41,705 bases of DNA. It comes from Candidatus Limnocylindria bacterium. GTDB lineage: Bacteria; Chloroflexota; Limnocylindria; P2-11E. Position 1 is the stretch's first letter. Each line of letters begins with the position of its first letter. The position numbers and the translations under genes were made by a program. Below the pieces are notes generated by a model that made no database searches, was not told the origin of the DNA, and saw only the letters and a program-made list of their open reading frames with translations. Positions 1 through 6,381 of the stretch are shown one piece after another. The stretch is from the NCBI GenBank assembly GCA_038324015.1, contig JBBQHN010000003.1, positions 1 through 41,705 of the forward strand, read 5' to 3'.

Positions 1-1042
1 CCGCAAGACCCAGCTGCTCGACCGCCTGGACCGATTCCCCGCCTCCGACGACGGTCACCGCGCCAGACAGGGTCGCCTCGGCCATCGCGCGCGCGATCGC
101 CTCGGTGCCGTGCGCGAACTCAGGCTGCTCGAACAGGCCCAGCGGGCCGTTCCAGAAGACCGTCTTCGCGCCTGCAATGTGCGCGGCGAATTCCCGTTCG
201 GTCTCCTCGCCGATGTCGAGGATCCGGTCGCCAGACCAGCGCATGTCGACCGGAAGGAGGATCTCCGTGCCGCGCGACGTCGCGGCGGCAAGGATGGCGC
301 GCGCGTCCGCCTCGCGGTCGGGCTCGCTCAGCGACGCCTTGATGTCCGTGCCGTTCGCGGCGAGGAACGTGTTGGCCATACCGCCGCCGATCGCGACGAC
401 ATCAGCTTTGGCGACGAGCGACCTCAGGACATCGATCTTCGAGCTCACCTTTGCGCCGCCGATGACCGCGACGAACGGCCGCTTCGGCTCATCCAGCAAC
501 GAGGTCAGCACGCGTACCTCGCGATCGAGGAGGAGGCCGGCGTACGCCGGGAGGAGCCGGGCGACGCCCTCGGTCGACGCGTGGGCCCGGTGCGCGGCGC
601 CGAACGCGTCGTTCACGTAGGCGTCGAAGCCGGTCGCGAGCGCCTTCGCGAACGTCGGGTCGTTCTGCTCCTCTTCCGGATGGAAGCGGACGTTCTCGAG
701 CATGAGCACATCGCCCGGCTTGAGATCGCGGACCTGCTGCGCGACCTCCGGCCCGATGCAATCGGGGGCCATCGGGACCGGCGTGCCGAGCAGCTCGGAC
801 GCACGTGTGGCGACCAGGGCCAGGCTCAGCTTCCGGTCCGGACCCTTCGGCCGGCCGAAATGTGAGCACAGCGCGATCATCGCGCCCTGCGTCCGCAACG
901 CGTTGATCGTGGGAAGTGCGGCGGTGATACGGGTGTCGTCCGCGACCCGTGGCGGCTCGCCCTCCACGGGCACGTTGAAGTCGACACGGACGAGGACGCG
1001 CTTTCCCTTCGCGTCAAAAGCCGCGATGGTGCGCTTGGCCAA
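1..1042 (-). CDS. pgk: Phosphoglycerate kinase (3' end runs off the window; not in the ORF track)
   Basis: Manual translation from TTG at 1042: MAKRTIAAFDAKGKRVLVRVDFNVP...SHFGRP...LENVRF...YVNDAFGAAHRAHAST...GGAKVSSKI...GGGMANTF...WNGPLGLFE. Lies directly downstream of gap. Confidence 0.96.
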   Translation of the reverse strand, partial: MAKRTIAAFDAKGKRVLVRVDFNVPVEGEPPRVADDTRITAALPTINALRTQGAMIALCSHFGRPKGPDRKLSLALVATRASELLGTPVPMAPDCIGPEVAQQVRDLKPGDVLMLENVRFHPEEEQNDPTFAKALATGFDAYVNDAFGAAHRAHASTEGVARLLPAYAGLLLDREVRVLTSLLDEPKRPFVAVIGGAKVSSKIDVLRSLVAKADVVAIGGGMANTFLAANGTDIKASLSEPDREADARAILAAATSRGTEILLPVDMRWSGDRILDIGEETEREFAAHIAGAKTVFWNGPLGLFEQPEFAHGTEAIARAMAEATLSGAVTVVGGGESVQAVEQLGLA

Positions 1043-1046
1043 CGCG

Positions 1047-2078
1047 CTACGCGGTCGCGGCGGCGGGCTGCTTGGTCCGGAGCCTCGAAGCGACGAGAGC
1101 GGTGATGTCCGCCAGGCGGCACGCATAGCCCCACTCGTTGTCGTACCAGGAGACGATCTTCACCATGTTGCCGAGCACGATCGTGTCGACCCCACTGACG
1201 ATCGTTGAGTGCTCATCTCCCTTGAAATCCGTCGAGACGAGCGGCTCCTCGGTGTACGCCATGATCCCCTTCAGGCTGCCTTCGCTCGCGCGCTTGAATG
1301 CGGCGTTCACCTCATCCTTCGTCACCTCGCGCTTCAGGGTCGCGGTGAAGTCAACGACCGAAACGGTCGGCGTCGGGACACGGAACGCCATACCGGTGAA
1401 CTTGCCCTTGAGCTCGGGAATGACGAGCGCGACCGCCTTTGCGGCACCCGTGTCGTGTGGGACGATGTTCTCGGCGGCCGATCGCGCGTCGCGGGGGTCG
1501 TCTGCGGTCACGTCCAGGACCTTTTGCGAGTTCGTGTATGAGTGGATGGTCGTGAGAAAGCCTTTTTCGATGCCGAATTCGTCATTGAGGACCTTCGCAA
1601 CCGGGGCAAGACCGTTCGTGGTGCATGAGGCGTTCGAGATGATGTGGTGCTTCTCGGGATCGAACTCGCGGTCGTTCACGCCGAGCACGATGGTCTTGTC
1701 CTCGTTCTTCGCCGGCGCGGAGATGATCACGTACTTTGCGCCGGCGTCGAGATGGGCCTTCGCCTTCGTCGCATCGGTGAAGAGTCCGGTCGACTCGATG
1801 ACGATGTCGATGCCGAGCGCCTTCCAAGGCAGCTTCCCGGGATCGCGCTCTTGGACGACCGCGATGCGCCGCCCGTCGACGACGATGGCATCCGCTGTCG
1901 CTGACACCTCGCCCTTGTACGTCCCGTAGTTGGAGTCGTGCTTGAAAAGGTGGGCATTCATCTTTGGGTCCGCGAGATCGTTGACGGCGAGGATCTCGAG
2001 CTCCGGATGCCGCTCGAGACTCGCCTTCAAGAACAACCGCCCGATCCGGCCGAAGCCGTTGATAGCGACACGTGTCAT
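1047..2078 (-). CDS. gap: Type I glyceraldehyde-3-phosphate dehydrogenase
   Basis: [21 protein letters not shown] catalytic motif, [22 protein letters not shown] at 2078 preferred over GTG at 2087. Confidence 0.97.
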   Translation of the reverse strand: MTRVAINGFGRIGRLFLKASLERHPELEILAVNDLADPKMNAHLFKHDSNYGTYKGEVSATADAIVVDGRRIAVVQERDPGKLPWKALGIDIVIESTGLFTDATKAKAHLDAGAKYVIISAPAKNEDKTIVLGVNDREFDPEKHHIISNASCTTNGLAPVAKVLNDEFGIEKGFLTTIHSYTNSQKVLDVTADDPRDARSAAENIVPHDTGAAKAVALVIPELKGKFTGMAFRVPTPTVSVVDFTATLKREVTKDEVNAAFKRASEGSLKGIMAYTEEPLVSTDFKGDEHSTIVSGVDTIVLGNMVKIVSWYDNEWGYACRLADITALVASRLRTKQPAAATA

Positions 2079-2105
2079 GTGGACCACCCGCTTTCCGACT
2101 TCAAT

Positions 2106-3074
2106 CTAGAGGAACCACGCACCGTTGCCCGCCAAGCGGTCACGGGCCGCGAGGGCCGATCCGATGATGGACACATCGCCGCGCAGCGCGGACGGCACGA
2201 CCGAGCATGCGGCCGCCGGGACTTTGAAGGCGCGCTCCGCAATGGCCTTGCGCATGGGCTCGAGCACATGTCGCGGCTCGTGCTCGGCGATCGATCCGCC
2301 GATGACGATCCGCTCCGGATTGAGCGCGTTCACGATGCCGACCGCGAGGTTCTCGAGCGCTCGCATCGCGCGCGCGATGATCGCCGCGGCACGCGCTTCA
2401 CCCGCCGCGGCGCGCGCGTACACGACGCTCGCGTCGGTCACGCCGTACTCGTCCGCGATGTACCGCCCGGCCGCATAGGACTCGACGCAGTCGTAGCCGC
2501 CGCAGCGGCACTTCTTCCGACGCTCGAGGTCGACCGGGAAGTGGCCGAGCTCACCGGCGGTATTGGTCGCGCCGCGCAACATGCGACCGTCGGCGACGAT
2601 CGCGCCGCCCACACCGGTCGACACGGTGAGATAGACGAAGTTCCGGGCGCCCTTCGCCGCGCCGACGGTCCCCTCGCCGATGGCCGCCATGACGGTGTCC
2701 CGGTCGAGGAACACCGCCGGTCCGTCCAGCCGCTCCCTGAGCCGCGGACCGAGCGGGAAGTTCGCGTCGCTGAAGCCCGCGATGTTCTGCGTCGTCAGGA
2801 TGACGCCGGTCGTGTGGTCCAGCGGCCCGGGTGCCGAGCATCCGGCGGCGGCGATGTCGGTCATACGGACATTCGCCGCGCCGACCGCTGCAGCGGCGCT
2901 CGCGACGAGCGCGTCGACGACCGAGTCCGGGCCGGTCTGCGGCGTCGGGCGCGCGTCGCGGCCGAGGAGGATCGCGGTGTCACCATCGAAACGCGCGACC
3001 GCGGCGCGGATGTTCGTACCGCCGAGGTCGAATCCGAGGTAGAGCGGGCTCAGGTCCGGATCACCCGGGATCAG
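2106..3074 (-). CDS. ROK family sugar kinase (glucokinase-like); true start upstream of the ORF-track ATG, probably CTG at 3074 or 3053
   Basis: The in-frame upstream extension encodes LYLGFDLGGTNIRAA (ROK ATP-binding motif). Also STGVGG, GELGH, CRCGGYDCVE zinc motif, LNPERIVIGG. Confidence 0.88.
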   Translation of the reverse strand: MIPGDPDLSPLYLGFDLGGTNIRAAVARFDGDTAILLGRDARPTPQTGPDSVVDALVASAAAAVGAANVRMTDIAAAGCSAPGPLDHTTGVILTTQNIAGFSDANFPLGPRLRERLDGPAVFLDRDTVMAAIGEGTVGAAKGARNFVYLTVSTGVGGAIVADGRMLRGATNTAGELGHFPVDLERRKKCRCGGYDCVESYAAGRYIADEYGVTDASVVYARAAAGEARAAAIIARAMRALENLAVGIVNALNPERIVIGGSIAEHEPRHVLEPMRKAIAERAFKVPAAACSVVPSALRGDVSIIGSALAARDRLAGNGAWFL

Positions 3075-4654
3075 ACCTTGGGCAGTCGCCCGCTGACGTC
3101 AGGCGCGGCCAGTGCCGATGCATCGGCGCCGAAGACCTGCTGCTGAGCCGCGCGATATCCCTTCTTCGCCTTGTCCTTCCCGAAGGTGCGCTCGGCGTCC
3201 TCGAAGATCTGCGACACCAGCATCGCGAGGTACGGGACGGCCTGCGATTCGGGAACGTTCTCGCGATCGAGCGCCTGTGCGTCGATGCGGTCGTCGACGA
3301 TCGGCAGCGGCCGGTCGATCGGCTCGGCCTGCTCGTCAACGCGCATCAGGAGGTTCGCCATGCGGTCATCGAGCCGGCCCTTTCCGTAGGTACCGCTGTT
3401 GTACTCGGCGAGCAGCGCGTTCGAGAACGACGCGAGCTGGCCCGCGCGTCCAACGCCGGCGCCCGGCGCGGCGTCCGCGGCAGTGGCGGCCGTCGGGAGC
3501 GACGCGTCCTTTGGGGCCTCCTCCTTCTTGAGGAAGCCGAAGAGACCCTTCTTCTTCTCCTCGACCGGCGCGGGTGCCTGCATCTCGGGCGCCATGCGGG
3601 ACCACTCGCTGATGCGGTCGGTCGCCACCGGCGGTGGCTCGACCGGAACGGGCGCTGCCGGCGCCGGCGCGAACACGCCGCTCAATGCCGCAAGACGCTC
3701 GTCCTGCGCGGCTGGGATGTCGACTGGCGACAGCGCGGGCGCGATCTCCGGCTCGACGACCGGCGGGCTCATCCGCGCGTCGAGGGCCGCCGCGAGATCG
3801 GCGCGGAGATCAGGCTGCGGTGTCTCCCAGTGCTGCGCGGGCGCCGGGTCCCAGGTCTCTGCTGGCGCGGGCGGAGCAGGCTGCTCCCAGCTTTGGCCGA
3901 GCGGCTCCGGTGACGACCAGCGTTCCGGCTCAGCGGCGGGAGCGGGCTCCGGCTCGGCGGCGGGAGCGACGTACAAGGGTGCGGGTTCAGGAACCCAGGC
4001 GGGCGCTTCCGGCGCCGGAGCGACCCACACGGGTGCGGGCGGGCTCCACGGTTCCGGCATTGCAACAGGCTCGAGTGCCGGCGGCGGGTAGGCGGGCTGC
4101 GCCTGCTCAGCCGCGGGCTCGAGGACATCAATGAATCCGGTGTCGACCAGCGCCGCGAGGGCCGCGCGGGTCGCGAGCTTGCCCGTCTTCAGGTGATCAG
4201 CGACGCCCTGTACGTCGCGATCGCCATTGACCGCAAGCAGCGTCCGCCACTGGTCCGGCTCGAGCGTGATGTTGCCTTTCTCCGCAGCGCGCTCGGAGAG
4301 ACGGAAACGCGAACGGTCGTCAGGTATGACCTTGCGGACCGCGACGATACGGTCGCGCTCCAGGACGGCTTTGTCGAGCAGCTGGTCGAGGTCGCCCGAG
4401 AGATTCGAAGCGGGGCTCTCGTTCCAGGGGATGAACTCGAAGGCGCCGACCGACACCGCGAAGATCGCGCCGAGCGCGGGCTCACCGGTGTCCTCGCTGG
4501 CGATGGCCGCGACGAGCCGGCCGCCATCGAAGCCGAGCGTGCCGCCAGTGGAGTCGGTCCCGCGGACCTCGAGCTGTCCCGTCTTGTTCGTCGAGTGGAT
4601 GAGCTGGACGACCGTCTCGAGCGGGAAGGAGTCGAGCTCCCCACGCAATGTCAT
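3071..4654 (-). CDS. DUF4388 (PatA-N-like) domain protein with a long Pro/Ala/Glu-rich linker and an unknown C-terminal domain
   Basis: N-terminus LRGELDSFPLETVVQLIHSTNKTGQLEV...FDGGRLVAA...GAFEF matches the DUF4388 pattern. ATGA overlap with malK. Confidence 0.75.
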   Translation of the reverse strand: MTLRGELDSFPLETVVQLIHSTNKTGQLEVRGTDSTGGTLGFDGGRLVAAIASEDTGEPALGAIFAVSVGAFEFIPWNESPASNLSGDLDQLLDKAVLERDRIVAVRKVIPDDRSRFRLSERAAEKGNITLEPDQWRTLLAVNGDRDVQGVADHLKTGKLATRAALAALVDTGFIDVLEPAAEQAQPAYPPPALEPVAMPEPWSPPAPVWVAPAPEAPAWVPEPAPLYVAPAAEPEPAPAAEPERWSSPEPLGQSWEQPAPPAPAETWDPAPAQHWETPQPDLRADLAAALDARMSPPVVEPEIAPALSPVDIPAAQDERLAALSGVFAPAPAAPVPVEPPPVATDRISEWSRMAPEMQAPAPVEEKKKGLFGFLKKEEAPKDASLPTAATAADAAPGAGVGRAGQLASFSNALLAEYNSGTYGKGRLDDRMANLLMRVDEQAEPIDRPLPIVDDRIDAQALDRENVPESQAVPYLAMLVSQIFEDAERTFGKDKAKKGYRAAQQQVFGADASALAAPDVSGRLPKV

Positions 4655-5739
4655 GCGATGGCCTCGCCAGTCGTTTTGTCGAATACGTGGATCTTCGAGC
4701 GGTCGAAGCCGATCTTGAGCGTCGCTCCGGGCTGCGTCTGGGTACGAGTGTCGACGCGGGCGACGAACGTCTGGCCGCCGGCCGAGAGATGGAGCTGGAA
4801 CTCGTTGCCCAGGAACTCGACGACCTCGACCTTCGCGTCGACGGGGATGTTATTGCTCTGGTCGGGCCGCACACCGGCGTCGATGTCCTCGGGACGGATC
4901 CCGACGATCACCTCGCGGCCGGTCGAGCGTCCGCTCCCACCCGAGAGCGGCGTCTGGAAGAATCCGGCGTCCGCGACGGGCGACTCCGCTGAACCCGAGA
5001 GCTTCGCGGGGAAGAAGTTCATGGCGGGCGATCCGATGAAGCCGGCGACGAAGATGTTCGCAGGCTTCGCGTGCAGGTTCTCCGGCGTGTCGATCTGCTG
5101 CAGGAGGCCGTCCTTCATCACCGCGATGCGGTCACCCATCGTCATCGCCTCTACCTGGTCGTGTGTGACGTACACGGTCGTGCGCTTGATGCGCTGATGC
5201 AGCTTCTGCAGCTGCGCCCGCGTATCGATGCGCAGCGCCGCGTCAAGGTTGGAGAGCGGCTCGTCCATCAGGAACACCGCGGGCTCGCGCGCGATCGCGC
5301 GACCGACGGCCACGCGCTGGCGCTGACCACCGGAGAGCTCCTTCGGCTTGCGCTTGAGCAGCTTCTGGAGGCCAAGCATCTCGCCGACCTCGGCGACCCG
5401 GCGGTCGATCTCGGTCTTGTCCATGCCGCGGAGCTTCAGGCCGAAGGCGATGTTGTCGAAGACCGTCATGTGGGGATAGAGCGCGTAGTTCTGGAAGACC
5501 ATGGCGATGTCCCGATCCTTCGGCGCGACGTCGTTCACGAGGCGCTCGCCGATGAAGATGTCGCCACTTGTCTGCTCTTCAAGGCCGGCGATCATCCGGA
5601 GGGCCGTGGTCTTGCCGCAGCCCGAGGGGCCGACGAGCACGAGGAACTCCTCGTCCTTCACCTGGATCGAGAGGTCGTTCACCGCGAACACCGACTCGCC
5701 GAACTTCTTGGTCACGTGATCGAACGTGACTGTGGCCAT
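4651..5739 (-). CDS. Carbohydrate ABC transporter ATP-binding subunit (MalK/MsiK/UgpC family)
   Basis: GPSGCGKTT, VFQNYALYPHM, LSGGQRQR, FLMDEPLSNLD, VTHDQ, FVAGFIGSPAMN, C-terminal TOBE region (GIRPED). Confidence 0.95.
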   Translation of the reverse strand: MATVTFDHVTKKFGESVFAVNDLSIQVKDEEFLVLVGPSGCGKTTALRMIAGLEEQTSGDIFIGERLVNDVAPKDRDIAMVFQNYALYPHMTVFDNIAFGLKLRGMDKTEIDRRVAEVGEMLGLQKLLKRKPKELSGGQRQRVAVGRAIAREPAVFLMDEPLSNLDAALRIDTRAQLQKLHQRIKRTTVYVTHDQVEAMTMGDRIAVMKDGLLQQIDTPENLHAKPANIFVAGFIGSPAMNFFPAKLSGSAESPVADAGFFQTPLSGGSGRSTGREVIVGIRPEDIDAGVRPDQSNNIPVDAKVEVVEFLGNEFQLHLSAGGQTFVARVDTRTQTQPGATLKIGFDRSKIHVFDKTTGEAIA

Positions 5740-5743
5740 TCAT

Positions 5744-5773
5744 CCCCTCCGAGGTGCTGAGCGGCTCAAAGTA
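5744..5773 (-). promoter_or_regulatory. Putative -10 box (TACTTT, 5768-5773) and Shine-Dalgarno (GGAGGGG, 5744-5750) for the malK...pgk operon
   Basis: Sequence motifs at plausible spacing upstream of ATG 5739. Confidence 0.5.
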
Positions 5774-5775
5774 TG

Positions 5776-6309
5776 TCACGGGAGGTCGATGAGCAGCCTC
5801 GTGAGCGATGGCCGTCGCGGCCCCTGCTCGGCCGGTCCGATGAGGCGCGCGCGGATCGCGTCGGATCTCGAGATGAGGGCACCCGTAACGAGGCGCCCGA
5901 GGACCCGGATACGGAACGCGACGGCGCCGGGTGGTGGCTGCAGCGCGACCCGGAGCTGCCGGTCGAGGCCGACGCGCACGAACGGCGAGTCGACGGTCGC
6001 GAGCTGGCGCGAGCGCCGATCTGACACCGCGTAGTAGGCGACACGGACGAACGCTTCGGCGACATCGGGATCGTCCACCGCGAGCTCGACCGTCAGCTCC
6101 ACCGGGCTACTCGCGGGACCGAGCGGATGCAACAGACCTTCGACGCCCCAGGCGCGGCCGGCCGGGATCCCGATGATCAGTCCTCCGGCATCCTGATCGA
6201 GGACGCCGCGCGGCGTCGTGCGCCGGAACGGCCCGCCGGGATCCGCGGACGCGGGCGCTGCCGAGGACACGACCACGACGACAGCGATAAGAAGGACGGC
6301 CCGGCGCAT
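5776..6309 (-). CDS. Hypothetical secreted protein
   Basis: Signal-peptide-like N-terminus MRRAVLLIAVVVVVSSAAPASA-D. Fills the intergenic gap. TAGCGT -10 box 6 nt upstream of the ATG. Confidence 0.65.
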   Translation of the reverse strand: MRRAVLLIAVVVVVSSAAPASADPGGPFRRTTPRGVLDQDAGGLIIGIPAGRAWGVEGLLHPLGPASSPVELTVELAVDDPDVAEAFVRVAYYAVSDRRSRQLATVDSPFVRVGLDRQLRVALQPPPGAVAFRIRVLGRLVTGALISRSDAIRARLIGPAEQGPRRPSLTRLLIDLP

Positions 6310-6381
6310 CCGGCGACGCTACGTGAGGCGCGGTCGCGTGGCGCTGGTGCGTTCGTCAGCGCGCTCGTCCTATTGACGCGG

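Noticed and set aside
3600-4120. Repetitive GC-rich DNA as a possible tandem repeat or CRISPR array
   Set aside because: No exact repeat unit or spacer periodicity; explained by the Pro/Ala/Glu-rich coding linker.
6322-6381. Short GCGCTG...CAGCGC hairpin after PAP2-GH38 as a terminator or ncRNA
   Set aside because: Only ~6 bp of stem, no U-tract; expected by chance at this GC content.
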